From: Rhynchobatus australiae | Taxonomy: Eukaryota | Assembly: GCA_034780895.1 (NCBI GenBank) | Contig: JAUZTB010000107.1 | Coordinates: 89,344,999-89,408,959 of the forward strand | Direction: 5' to 3' | Length of the DNA stretch: 63,961 nucleotides | Shown here: one piece after another, positions 25,981 to 39,281 of the stretch | How the letters are laid out: every line of letters starts with the position of its first letter | Numbering within the stretch: the first letter of the stretch is position 1 | Translations under genes and position numbers: made by a program | The notes under the pieces: model-generated | Databases searched by the model: none | What the model was told of the DNA's origin: nothing | What the model saw: only the letters and a program-made list of their open reading frames with translations

Positions 25981-26380
25981 TGATCTAGGCAGTCCTCATG
26001 TGTTATTACTGACATGGACAGGGCGAACAATGTCAGGAATTGGTGCAGGTAACCAGTGCATGGTTTTCATGGCAGTGGTGTTCACACAGCTTGTAAATCT
26101 GCACATATTGGAACTATTTTGCNNNNNNNNNNNNNNNCACCAACTATGACAGGTGCAGCGGCAGAATCTGACAGGAATCTCAGTCTAAGCTGTGAGTGTG
26201 ATTCACTTGCAGAATCGCATGAGGTGATGAAATTAAGAAAAATAACAAAACCAGCAAAAGAAACACAGGCTGCATTGTAGTATCTCTTAATAAATTAAAT
26301 CGTGAAAGCATCTTTTTGTTTTTATATTTATCCTAACATATACTTCAATTACATTTTCTTTCGGTTTCTGATCTCACTAG

Positions 26381-26548
26381 GTTAAAGCGAACATCCCTTA
26401 CTGATGGATGTTGCCACAGACTAATGGCGGCACTCTGTGCAACCCAAACAATAACTCATCTTGATTTAAGTGAAAACTCATTTACAGATTGTTCCCTAAG
26501 CAATATCAGCAGCTTGATTCTGACCTGTGGCAACTTGGTAGTTATAAG
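26381..26548 (+). CDS. NLR gene, last LRR exon (168 bp)
   Basis: LKRTSLTDGCCHRLMAALCATQTITHLDLSENSFTDCSLSNISSLILTCGNLVVI. Donor AG|GTGAGT. Confidence 0.88.
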
Positions 26549-28338
26549 GTGAGTTTAAAGTCCATTTATTATTTGTAATTTACAGAAGGGGGCCAAAATG
26601 GAGTGAAGCGAAGCTGTGTACTGCTCCAGTACAGATAACTGGAATCAGTTAGAGGCTGTTAAAATAGTAGACAAAGGAACTTGTGGCAATGTCTTCAGCT
26701 GTATTTTTGCACAGTGGAATCTTACTTTTAAAAATTCAAAGGAAATTGATAAAAGGGCAGAATTTCCACCACAAGGGGCCAGATCTTGTTGGACACTTGT
26801 ATCACCAGGTATCTCCATCCGCTGTGGTGATGTGCCTGCATTTACTTGCTTTGGATGAAAACAACCTCATTCACAAACCCTCAACAACTTCATCTCCAGT
26901 GGTCAGGTCCAGCTGGCATCATGGCCACAGGCGGTGAAGTACTGCTCCAAATCACCCTCGACATAGGTGAAGCTGGGGGTTTAGCTTTGCTAGATGTCAA
27001 AGAATGACAGCCATCAGCTTTGTCTTTCAGAGAATTGAAAAACTGTTAAAATTGAAGTGTAATTAATGAATGTTTCCATTCCTTGAAGAGCAAAGTAATT
27101 TAAACTGAAAGAAGCATTGCTATTTATATAGTGCTGTTGTAACACACACTTATTTTGATTAAAGATATTCCACATGGAAGATTTCAGAGTTATAGATCTA
27201 GAAATTCCTTTACAGAACTCCAAAGAAAACAATGGGGTGCAGTTGTAAATCTGCCTAACCCTAACACGACTGTTGCACCCATTTCTGGGCATTTTAGTAC
27301 CTATAGAGAAAGTTGGTACTTTTGTTTGCCCTCATATCTCTGTTTTTGGCATTTATCTCCCCCAATGATATTGACAACAGTGCAACAAACAACATTTGTT
27401 CTCAGCCTCACTGATCTGAAAATTNNNNNNNNNNNNNNACTCACAACTAAGTTCTTCCAGCCTGATTCTCCTGAAACTGTGCAATTTAAAGGACTGATAC
27501 AAAGTGTGATCTCCTGTGATATCTAACACAGATTCACATGTGTGCCTGGACTGCTTTGTCCATGGAGGTCAAGGTTTTGTTTACTCCTAACTCCCAGCCT
27601 CAGGATATTCCTGGCAGCTGCCACTGATCTCTCCAACATCTCACAGTTTGCTTCACTCGGTGGATAACCACTCTATACTCACACAGAGGACAATTCAATT
27701 ACCTTTCATCCAGCTGTGAGAGCAAGTAGGGAAGGCAAAGAGATGTGTGTACATTGCAGGGTACCCAAACTGCAGGCATGCAGAGTCTGCTCTCATGTAG
27801 TACTAGACCATTTAGAGATATCTCTGGCAACATGCCTGAATGGTCTCCATGTCCCTCCTGCGAGCACTGTTCTTCTTCAGCCTGTCCTGGTTTCTCTGAC
27901 CTCTGGGAATAATCTCTTATCTGCCTCCCAGCATGCAGCACCTATTTGTTAAGTAGCAACACTTCACTGTAGCTGGAAGAGTGCTATTTGTATTTTAAAC
28001 TGACCCTTAAAGAGCTAGCTGCAGAGGACTCACTCGTGAGGTGAGAAGATAAGAACCTGCAATCGGTCAAAGAATATGCCATGTAGAAACTAGGCTGGCA
28101 GGGAAACATAGCAATGATCTTCTGTAACTTAGTAATTGAAGGTCATGATCTTTATTGAACTTTCACGAACAACTTTAAGGTCATCCACAATGACATTAAA
28201 AGCCAATGAAGCCAAATTCCTGGTTGTAGATTTAGAGTGTAGCGTAGAATGTAGCTATAAAGAATAGATGCAGATGTGTCACCTTCTTCTAAAATATACA
28301 GCTCATCAGTATCTTACAATGTTTTTTCTTTGGTATAG

Positions 28339-28444
28339 ACTAGAGCAAAACCAGTTCACAACAAATGGACAGATGATGATAAAGAAGCTGAACGTGGAGA
28401 AGCCGAACATTGAAATTGTTGTAGAAAGAACAAAAAGATATTGA
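28339..28444 (+). CDS. NLR gene, terminal coding exon (LRR cap and stop)
   Basis: Acceptor ttttttctttggtatag, phase 2. LEQNQFTTNGQMMIKKLNVEKPNIEIVVERTKRY*. The summed model is 2979 nt, divisible by 3. Confidence 0.8.
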
Positions 28445-31400
28445 GGAACAAAAAATATTTTAAGTTATGATCTTTTTATATTCTTTGTGATTGTTTCAAT
28501 AATTCCTTTACTTCTAAAAACATGTTGGGGAGCATTACAAACTTGCTGACTAGAGCTGAAAACGTTTGGATGGAACCGAGACCAATCAGTGACTGACACT
28601 TTTGTACACATTTGGTACTAACAATCTCCTCCATGTAGAGCATATAGTGCCTTGTATGTTATTAGATGAAAGAACAAAGCTGACATTTCTGCATCTTTAT
28701 GCCATACCACATACACTTGTCACCTCATTTAATGATTAATAATATTTATTGTTTGCTATATTTTCTATAATTCATTAACATAATTTTATTTATATATTTA
28801 GCATATAAATGTCTCTTGATTTTAATGGAAGAAAATGAACCTTGAAATTCACTCCTGCGGGCAGTCAGGAGTAGCAAAGGGCCATGAATTGCATTCATTA
28901 ATTCACCCAGTCATGGAAATCGGAAAAAGTTTAATCTTACGAGGTCTTATGAAACAAGGAAGCAATCTCTACTGCCTATATTTTTGTTGGGGAATGGCTT
29001 TTTTCTGATAAGCAGTCACCTTTGACCTGATGGCTTAATACATGTAGAAGTGGCATGGAGAAAATACACCTTGGCTGGAATCAGGCACAGGGCCTGTGTC
29101 ATTCACTGTGCCTGTGATCACAAATGAGCTGGAGCTTCAGGAATTGGTATCTTATTTTCTTTTGAGAAAGATATCACTCAGCTGATGGGGACCACAAAGA
29201 GTGATGAGTGTTTCCTGCTGACCTTCATAACACTGGCCAACCTACAAGGAAGGCAGAAACCCATCTGCCCTCCCCACCTCCTTCCGTTTATCCATATACT
29301 ACCTTCCTCTCCTATCAGATTCCATCTCCCAGCTTCTGACACTATTTCTCCATCTGCCTATCACCTTTCCTCACCTGGATCCACCTATTAGTTGCTAGCT
29401 CTTGCTCCACCCATTCCCTTCACCTTTTCATACCCACTATTGCCCCTCTATCATTCAGTCCCAAAATATTCACTGTCCATTTCCCTCCATAGATGCAGTT
29501 CCTCCAGCATCTTGTCTTTTGATCCAGATTTCAGTATCTGCAGCCCCTTGTGCTGTCAACCATCTCTTCTGCTCTGTTTGACTCAGTGGGTGAGGAATTG
29601 GAGTTATTCCTTGTTTAGAGAGGCTCAGTCATCACTCTGATGCAATAGTGAACCACAAGGTGTCTCTATTGTTAGCTGCTGTACTTTGTATTTATCCAGT
29701 GACATGGAGGTTTAAGGCCAGTGAGACCTCCAAGCAATGTCATCAAAGTCTTCTGTTGGGCTCCTGGATAAGTACAGGCGTCTCTGGTGTTGCTTCCGAA
29801 TCAAGTTGAAGCACAGAAGGTTTTACCTGATGACCCTCTGTGGGTATGACATGTGCTGTTCATATCCACTTCTTTTTCCTTCTTGTTCTAATTTCCTTTA
29901 TTGCTCTCCCTCCTCTACTACTTTCAAGATATTTCCCAGAATCACTATTCAGTTGTACAGATGCGTATTCCCCAGAAAAGGCTCAGAAGCTGTCCGATAG
30001 ACTGAATGGATAACAAGCTCTTTTAGCAATGCTCCTGCAGAGTACTTTGTGATTACTTAGGCTTGAATTTATCAGATGTTATGCCACAACCATTTTGTGT
30101 CTGAGAAACAAACACAATGTGATTGAATTTCTGCAGCACTATCTTTGATCTGTAAAGTTGGTAGTGATTCATCTGATGGTTTAGATTTATTAATTTCTAA
30201 AAATGTAGATGCAGATTCTTTACTTTGTAAAAGATTCTTTCAAAAGGATCAATGTCACAAAATTTTATCTGGTGATTGTGTTTTCAGTGATAACAACCAT
30301 GAAATTTATCATAGTTGTACAGTTTCTGTTGAATAACTACATTTCTATTTTGTTATAATATAGATAATAATGACGATCTTGTGGTTTTCGATTAATTTTA
30401 TTAAATTCATGAATTCTCTTTGTCTTCATTTTTTGTCGGTCTAGTGGATAATTATGTTCTAACTGTAACAACAGAACATTTATAAACTACAGAGTTAGAG
30501 TTTAGATAAAGGTAGGGTATCTTGAATATTTGATTGATTTTGATTGTACCAGATGCTTAGAAAATCATCCCAGTTAGTAGCACTAACCATGGTATAAAGT
30601 AGTGGCAGCACATTTCACTTTGTTTCTGAAATTTGGTAACTTTCTCCTGGGTTGTGACTTTGCCAATAAACCTTTCAGGAAAACTTCAGATCATCTGAAA
30701 ATCATCAGGATCACGCATGGGAGATAAACAAAGATACTCAAGATCCTTCTTGGATCATTTGATAAGATGAAATAAAACCTCAAGAATGGCTTCTATATGT
30801 GGCATGATATTGGGATACTAGCGTGTAACTGTAAATGTGTTTTGTTATGTGAAAGGTATGTGGAATTGTATTTACCTAAAGACTTGGTCTCAGCCACGTA
30901 CAGTCACCTGACAACATTTGAGAGAGTACTTAGAGGCACTCAACTTGAAAGGATTAAATAATTAAAGCCTGGTTGCAATCACTGTTCCCACAAAGATTAC
31001 TTTACAGATATTGTACATTTACAAAGCAGGATAAACCTCAGTGGGTTTGTCAATTGTCCTATGCATTCATCTATATTAATTCTTCATTTGATTATTGTTC
31101 TGATTATAATGTACTTTTTGTGTACATCCTTACACAATGCAGAAACCTGCATGCATCATATAAGAATCTATTTTAATGTCCCCAACAAGAAGAGGATATT
31201 TAATACNNNNNNNNNNNNNNNNNNNNNNNNNNNNNNNNNNNNNNNNNNNNNNNNNNNNNNNNNNNNNNNNNNNNNNNNNNNNNNNNNNNNAGGGTTAAGA
31301 ACCAAATGACACCAACAATGATTTTGGAACTACAGTGTGCTCCTGGCCATTAAAACGATCACATACACAGGATGTTTGAGTGAACTTTATCTATAGAAAT

Positions 31401-33926
31401 ATAGTCTACATACATGGAAACAAAGAAAAAAGGACACAAACGGAAATTGATTAGCTGAAGGGATAGGCAAGTAAAAAATCATGAATTATCTTATTCTTTC
31501 TCGCTATGAATTGTTGTCTTCTTTCTCGCTAGTCCTACAGGTTCAAGGTGAATTTTTTAAACTCCTTTTTTGAGGTGTGGATGATGCCTGTGTGTGAATT
31601 CTTTTAATATGGGTGGCCATTGCACACCAGTTACCCATACTCTTGAAAGAGCGAGGTCTTGGTCCAGTGGGTAGGAAGTTCAAGGTGAACAGAGGCCAGT
31701 CTCTGCTGATCAGATTAAGCACATATGAGCACACACTCTAAGTACATACAGAAACTCTCTGAGCACACACACCAATTAATTAATTCAACTGAGTACTCTG
31801 CTCTATGTTACACAATCTTCTTCCCTCTTTCTTAGCTTCCTTCCCATGCACCAAGCCAATCCCAGATCCCTTCCTTTCTTCAGTCCTATATCTGATACCT
31901 TTCCCTTGACTCCTCCCAGTTTCCCTCCCTTTCACTCTCCTCCTTCCCTCCTAGCTCCTTCTCTCTTCCTTTTCCTTACAATTCTCCTGCTCTCTCTCCC
32001 CTCTCCCAATCTCAGTCTCTCCCTCATCTCCCCCTCCCACCCATTTCTAGCTGCTGGTTGGTTGCTTTCTCCTAAAGTGAAGCTTGCCAACGGCTCTTTG
32101 TCACTTGATATCCTCACAGCTGCTGCTGCTGCTTTGTTATGAGTGCCCACAGATAGTATTAATGGATGGGTGATATCTGTTAGGACAATTAAACATCCTG
32201 TACATTTCCCAGCATAGCATCTTGTCATTCTTAGAAAGGTGTTCTATGTTCCTAGGTCTACAAATGACACTTGTAATTTCCAAACAAGATGAAAAAGTTT
32301 TTTCTCAAAGTGCTGAGCCTCAGGAACATAAAATATGACTGGTGTGTGAATGTTTGGAATTAAAACAGCTCTGTTCCTCATTCTGATGGGATTTCTGTCT
32401 GTCTCTTTTACCTTGCCTGACCTGCAGAGTGTTTCCAGCATTTTTTGCTTATATTTCAGATTTCCAGCATTTCACTGTCTCTTTGTTCTTCAATTTCTAT
32501 GATTGTCTGGGATTCATTATCTCCTAAAGAACTCACTCCCCTCCAGAATTTTTCTATCCAAAAGTAGGTTCCGTATATTACATCAATGTGCCCTTTGCCC
32601 CTTTCAAACTGCAGTCTATTTATTTGAGATTGAAATGCTGGTTTGTAATGTGAGTCTAAANNNNNNNNNNNNNNNNNNNNNNNNNNNNNNNNNNNNCTAT
32701 GTCACACCTGACTGGATTAGGTTCAATCTTGCGGTTTAAGAAATGACAATGTGTGAATTGATTATCCTTGTCTTTATGCTGTTCCCATAGAAAGACCAGA
32801 TGGCAAATTCCCTCAAACATTCTTTTCTGTCTAACGATATCCAGAATACTTGTTCAGCACTTCAAACTCAGCACTGAAACCCTGTGGAGCAACTGGGTTC
32901 CTCTGGTTGTAAATCCTGTCAATCACAATGGGCAAGAATAAGCCTGGCCCACAAAATTGCTGCTTAAAATAACTTCAGATATACAGTCCTGATGCAGCTT
33001 TTCGATATGAAATATTGACAATTCCTTTCCCCCCACAGATGCTGCTCGGCCCCTGAGTTCCTCCAGCTGACTGTTTGTCGCATCAACTTCTATTATCTTC
33101 CAGCCCAAATTGTCTGCTTGTGCTCGCCCCCCCCCCAACCCCCCCCCCCTTTGGAATCCTCTGATGCTATTCTCTGGATTGGTTAATCTCACATTTCAGT
33201 GGTAGGTTTGAATAATATTGCCATCTTGGGCATCTGCTGGGGTTGGAGTTACTTTGTTTTCAGGTTTTCTTGGTTTTCTCAGCAGGTGGAAGTTAGACTA
33301 AATTATTGTCTTTAATGCCTGGTAGGTCAGATCACCTGTACTTTTACAGAATTCGTGCACAAATTGGCTGTCCCANNNNNNNNNNNNNNNNNNNNNNNNN
33401 NNNNNNNNNNNNNNNNNNNNNNNNNNNNNNNNNNNNNNNNNNNNNNNNNNNNNNNNNNNNNNNNNNNNNNNNNNNNNNNNNNNNNNNNNNNNNNNNNNNN
33501 NNNNNNNNNNNNNNNNNNNNNNNNNNNNNNNNNNNNNNNNNNNNNNNNNNNNNNNNNNNNNNNNNNNNNNNNNNNNNNNNNNNNNNNNNNNNNNNNNNNN
33601 NNNNNNNNNNNNNNNNNNNNNNNNNNNNNNNNNNNNNNNNNNNNNNNNNNNNNNNNNNNNNNNNNNNNNNNNNNNNNNNNNNNNNNNNNNNNNNNNNNNN
33701 NNNNNNNNNNNNNNNNGTCAATTAATGGCCCAAGGTCTCCCAAGTTTCAAATTCAATGGTTCATTGTTCTGCTAACAGAAGAATATCTTCTTTTAAATTT
33801 CCATTGAGCAAAAGCATTCAACTGAAAGAAAAATGACGATTGAATAGCCCCGTTACTAAACATGTACTTTTCTATAACCTCTAACCATTAGAAATCTGAC
33901 TACCTATTAAAAGACTTGGAATCTAC

Positions 33927-34053
33927 CAGGAAGTCATTCCACAGATTAATTTACCACTGAAATATGAGATTAAGTAACCCGGAAAATAGCCCAGAAAAAT
34001 TCCAAAGATGGGTGGAACATTAACAAACAACTTGGGCTAAAAGTTGTTATAAA
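33927..34053 (+). promoter_or_regulatory. Putative promoter of the mucin-EGF gene (Ets site and TATA box)
   Basis: CAGGAAGT at 33927-33934 and TATAAA at 34048-34053, about 80 bp upstream of the signal-peptide ATG. Confidence 0.5.
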
Positions 34054-34130
34054 TCAAGTCTTTTACTTTAAGACAGCATCCTCGGACGGCAAACTTGTTC
34101 TGTATTAAGCTAAAGGAATAATACAATAAC

Positions 34131-34209
34131 ATGGCGAATACAGTACTGTGGATTTACTCCTTTCTCTTACTTCTTATTAGTGACTTAATCCATGGACAGA
34201 GTATAACAG
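34131..34209 (+). CDS. Mucin-like/EGF gene exon 1, signal peptide
   Basis: aacATGG Kozak context. MANTVLWIYSFLLLLISDLIHG-QSIT has a hydrophobic core. Donor CAG|GTAAGC is phase 1, matching the downstream phase-1 exons. Confidence 0.72.
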
Positions 34210-35559
34210 GTAAGCAAATTTGCCACCATTATTGGTGTAATCATCAGTGTTATAAAATGCAAGAAATTGAATTACTTGTGGAACAATAATATCAAGCAAA
34301 GATTTTTCCTAGACTTTAAATGTAATCAGAAGAGCATTCTATATAATTTAATTTACTTTATCTGGTAAACTGTGTGATTTCAATTAATTAACTCTTGGGA
34401 CATTTATGGATCTCTAAACTTTGGCAGTGCTTAATAATTCCAGATGCAAATAAGCTCATCTAGCCTCAGTGAGAAGGAGAGTGGGTTAAATATCAGGTTA
34501 TTAAAAAAAGTATACTTTATAATTGTTTGTAAACTTATGAGTGGACCGCAAAAAGATAACTTAGGTTCATTTTCTCTTTGTAGTATGTGTAGCATAGAAC
34601 ATGTAGAACATAGAACAGTACTGCACAGTACAGGCCCTTCAGCNNNNNNNNNNNNNNNNNNNNNNNNNNNNNNNNNNNNNNNNNNNNNNNNNNNNNNNNN
34701 NNNNNNNNNNNNNNNNNNNNNNNNNNNNNNNNNNNNNNNNNNNAGCATAGAACATGTAGAACATAGAACAGTACTGCACAGTACAGGCCCTTCAGCCACG
34801 ATGTCGTGCTGACGTTTTATCCTAACCCTTCCCCCCCACATAGCCCTCTATATTTCTATAATTTTAATGGTTTAATGGTTTATGATAGTCCTGTGATTCC
34901 ATCTAATCATCAGGATTCCACTGCAGCAAGTGGATTGTCAATGAAATTTTATTTACAACATTTGTTATGTCAAGAAATTGGACATATGAACGGGATAGAA
35001 TCTATTTTACTACCTTGGCTAATCAGAAACCTGTATTGGTCTTGAGGATTAGTGGGGTAGACAAAGTGTGCAAAATGATATTTTTGCCTGGTATTTGGAA
35101 CAGATTGTGTGATGTTTTTGCACAATCCGATTTCAATAACAAATGAAATCAAACTGAAAATCAGGGACCACATGTAAATTGCACATAGTATGTAATCTTC
35201 ATTCTGGCCCTCTGTGTACTTGATGCACTAATGCACAGGTGACCTGGGACAAGATATAGTGTTGTCGAATGATGTGGTTCACACACTTGCATGTTACTTC
35301 CGTATGGCGTGTTATTTCCACTCATGCAAAAGGAAACCTTTCTAATGTCTGTGAGGTCTGATTCTGCATGTCCTAAAGGCATTTGTCTCAGCAGATCCCA
35401 GGCTGACACTGGAAACCCAGCCTATGAAGGACCCCCTCAGCACAGTGCCTGGTCAGCTGTCCTTTGGAAGTTGTCCCAGCAGATCCCTAAAATTATGACC
35501 CTTGCTTGACCAGATGGCAGCACCCAACTCCAACATAATCACTAGTTGCATCCTCATCA

Positions 35560-37070
35560 CTGATCATACCTTTAAAGCTGCAGTCACAATCTCAAGGCCA
35601 GAGCTTTCTTTGCAAGGAAATCCTGCAGTGGACAGAAAAGTCCATGGTGTCAGCTTTGCAATTAAGAACAAGCTCGTCACTCAGCTCACAGAGCTTTCTG
35701 TAGCTATCAATGAATGCCTTATGACCCTTCATTTTGAGGTCAGCAATAACCAGTCTATTGATGCCATCATGAAGCTTGATGCTGATGATGACGTCAGGGG
35801 ACAATCGTACACAGAGCTTGATCAAGTCCTGACCAACATTCCCAAGAAAGAAAGGATCAATGGCCTTGGAGATTTTAATGCTAGAGCTGGTGTGATTCTG
35901 ATCTCTGNNNNNNNNNNNNNNNNNNNNNNNNNNNNNNNAGGATCAATTCCAACAGTGTGTTACTTCTGAGAAATGTGTAGTGCCAGGCCTGGTTATCATG
36001 AATACTTTAGACAGAGTAAGACAACCTGGATATCTGTTTGCTTCAAGCATTGTCACCTCTTTGATTACACTGTTGGCAGAGCTTAAGAACAGAAGAAGAT
36101 ACATTACCACCATAGGGTCAATGAAAGTTGGAAAGGATCCAGCATCATATTCAAATTGACTTTAGGCCTTGTTATCAGGAAAGATCAATGGGAAAGAAAT
36201 TCAAAACTAAATTCTCGCAAGACATAATCATTCACAAGTGCCTCTAAGAGAGGTTTTTTGCCACAGCTGATGATACTAATGTAAGTTTTGGTAGAATTTA
36301 AAGACTGTCCTGATCAGTCCTAAAGAAGGGTCCTGACCTGAAACATTGACCGCCTACTTTTCTCCATGGATGTAGCCTGGCCTGCTGAGTTCCTCCAGCA
36401 TCATCATATTTTTCATTAAAGACTGGGCCTCTCTGAGCATGTGCTGACTCCATTGGCTGGATCACTCATTATCGTCAAAACTGAGTGGTGAAACAACTTC
36501 TCATGCCAACAGAAGAAACAGTGATTTCAGCAACCTAAGGCTGAAACTCAAAGGAAGATCTGTACAATAATGTTGGCAAGAAATGACCAAGGAAATCAAG
36601 ATTTATGCTGACAAACGTGACATGAACTTTTTCCTCACTACAAGAACCACTTATGGTCCAAGATTCTGCTATTCCATAGCCAACGATGTGTTGACACTCC
36701 TTAAGGACTACAAAGGCATCAAAGCCAGATAAACTCAGTTTTCCTGAACTGTGACAGATTTTGCTGTTGAATCTGTCCCTCGAGGCTCTGAAAGTGTCCC
36801 ACCCCATCACAGAGGAAGCAAGGTGCACCACTATGCAAACAAGCCTGCTGGAGACATATCATACTGGCAAAAATCTGCAACATCAGAGATAAAGAACTNN
36901 NNNNNNNNNNNNNNNNNNNNNNNNNNNNNNNNNNNNNNNNNNNNNNNNNNCCTACTCAAATACCAACATTGTTACAAATGCTAAGAAAAGGAGATTATTG
37001 AGGCATTGCCTTGTTCTTTACAGGAGGAACAGTTCTCCCTCTCTCCTTGCAAGGTGCTCCCTAGATATGA
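35560..37070 (+). mobile_element. Old RTE-clade LINE remnant (AP endonuclease and downstream region), interrupted
   Basis: GVSFAIKNKLVTQLTELSVAINECLMTL and IPKKERINGLGDFNARAG match RTE endonuclease motifs. Many stops downstream. Confidence 0.7.
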
Positions 37071-37474
37071 CTGTTCTCTAAAATTTAAAATCCTATGGCT
37101 TTATCACTATGGCTGCCACTATTCTCCGCAATGGCCTAGATACAGACCTTGTTACCTGCTAATTGTGCAGAGGTGCAGATGTCTGTACCAGCTGAGCAGA
37201 AATGTGAGAGGTTGTGCACCATATCAGGAACTGTTTTCGTTGTGTCAGTGAGGGTGTGGGGGCTGAGTCAACAAAAAACTGGGAAAGGAGCCAAGAATAA
37301 GGATTCATATACAATAATAAGTGTAAGCAGCATTAGATGAATGGCAGCACAAAATAACCCAAGGTGTTGTGCTGAAGGTGTGTAAATGAATGAGCTGGAG
37401 AAATAAGTGGAGAAGATGTCCAGACAAGTAGCAAGGCTGAAGAATATGCACAGCAAGCTACAATATTGCAAATT

Positions 37475-37740
37475 GGGCAGCACAGTGGCACAGCTAATAG
37501 AACACAACCGACTTCAATTCTGACCCGTGGTGCTGTCTGTGTGGAATTTTCCATGTGACCATGTGGGTTTCCCTGATGCTCTAGTTTTCTCCCACATCTC
37601 AAAGGTGTGCAGATTGGTAGGTTAATTGGCCACTGTAAGTTGCCTCTTGTGTGTAGTTGAGTGGTAGAATCTGGGAGAGTTGATGGGAATGTGGGGAGAA
37701 TAAAATGGGATTGATGTAGATAAGTGTAAATGGGTGCTTT
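37475..37740 (+). mobile_element. V-SINE/HE1-like SINE
   Basis: GGCAGCACAGTGGCACAG head and core TGTGGGTTTCCCTGATGCTCTAGTTTTCTCCCACATCTCAAAG. Confidence 0.65.
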
Positions 37741-38609
37741 CTATCTTGGTCCTTGCAGTCATCATATTTCCTGTACAACTTGCAGTTGAAGTCCACCTTC
37801 GATAAATAATGTTCAGCAAAACAGTGGTTTCTGTTATAAAATTGGGGAATGCCTTTTGTCTTTGGGCCAGAAATTGTTTCCATGTCATTGTATCTTTGGT
37901 GAGAGGTACAAAGAAAACAAAGCAAAAACCACTTATTATGCCAAATGTTTAGAGCTTAGGGAGGTATCCGACTGGTTATGCTGGGAGATCTGGAGGCTGT
38001 AGCTTAATTTCAGCATCACATGTCAGACTGGGACAGAGGGACTTCCATATTGTTCTGGTGCATGCTCACTGTCAAGTAACTCCCTACCTATAATTGTCTG
38101 AGATNNNNNNNNNNNNNCCTTTGTTTTCCAACACTATGTGATTCATATTCATATTCTCTTGTGATATAGAAAGGGGCTATTTGCTCTTTCAAATCTATGT
38201 TAGCTCTCAGTTGTAACCAACAATCATAACTTGAATAAGTAAATAGATGACCTTATCAAAGAAACATTCTCGAATTTTATAACAGAAACCAAATTGGCAT
38301 TGTACACTTCTTGGCCAAAGTGGATCTTAAGTGCTGAAAACTTGACCTGTACAGGAAAAAGTATAGATAAAAATTAGACCAAAATTTTTACTAAAAACAT
38401 AAAACAAAATAGAATTTCATTCTAATTGCCCCATTAGCTATTTTAGTTTAAACAAAACAATTATTTTAATTGAAACTAATCACGTAAGTTATATGGCAAA
38501 CTAATGTCAACAATAACACATAGAAACATGAAAAAATGAACAGTCCCACAGAATGTGTCCATCTAACCTTTCACTGACACCATGCTCATGTCAATCTCTC
38601 AAAGCCATT

Positions 38610-38945
38610 GAGTCATACAGCATGGAAACAGGTCCTTCAATGAAATGAGTCTGTCCCCATCATAAGCACCCATTTACACTATTCATATACTAATCCCATT
38701 TTATTCTTCTAACATTCCCATCAATTCCCTTCAGATCCTACCACTGACCTAGGAGCAATGTACAATGGTGAACCAACTAGCCCATACATCTTTGGGATGT
38801 GAGAGGTAACTAGAGCACCCCAGGAAAACCAATAAGGTCACAAGGAGAATATGCAAACTCCACACAGCCAGCACCGGGGGTCAAGATTGAATCTGGGTCA
38901 CTGGAGGTGTGAGGCAGCAGTTCTATTAGCTGTAGCACTGTCCCT
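38610..38945 (-). mobile_element. V-SINE/HE1-like SINE with a CR1-like tail
   Basis: Reverse complement of the same core (ATGCAAACTCCACACAG, CATCTTTGGGATGTG). Confidence 0.65.
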
Positions 38946-39231
38946 CCCCACTCTACAACTCTGTACCTTCAACTCTTTCACCAAAAATATTCCATTATTT
39001 CCAAGGGTAATGAATAAACAAAACACCATTTTACAGTGACAACAAAATACATATTTAATTTTTTTTTCTAGAGCTCTCTCTCACCCTTTTCTCTTGACTC
39101 TTAAGGAAGAATTTTACTCTGGAGTAGCATGTGCATTGGGTAGGTAGAAATGGGAAATTGTAAAAGTTGCAAGCTTGACAGGAAACTGACTTTAATCCAC
39201 CAACTGCATTTTTCTCGGGTGCATTGGAACA

Positions 39232-39281
39232 GGAGGAGGTGGATTGTTAATTAACCTGGGAGGAGGTGGATTGTTAATTAA
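39232..39281 (+). repeat. Perfect 23-bp direct repeat, period 27
   Basis: GGAGGAGGTGGATTGTTAATTAA occurs at 39232 and 39259, separated by CCTG. Confidence 0.9.

Noticed and set aside
31846-32228. Pro/Ser/Leu-rich ORF and its antisense counterpart
   Set aside because: Low-complexity polypyrimidine tract with no splice or domain support.
34591-34796. Identical ~53-bp sequence on both sides of a 100-N gap
   Set aside because: Typical scaffolding overlap of one CR1 tail; an assembly artefact, not a real repeat or CRISPR-like array.
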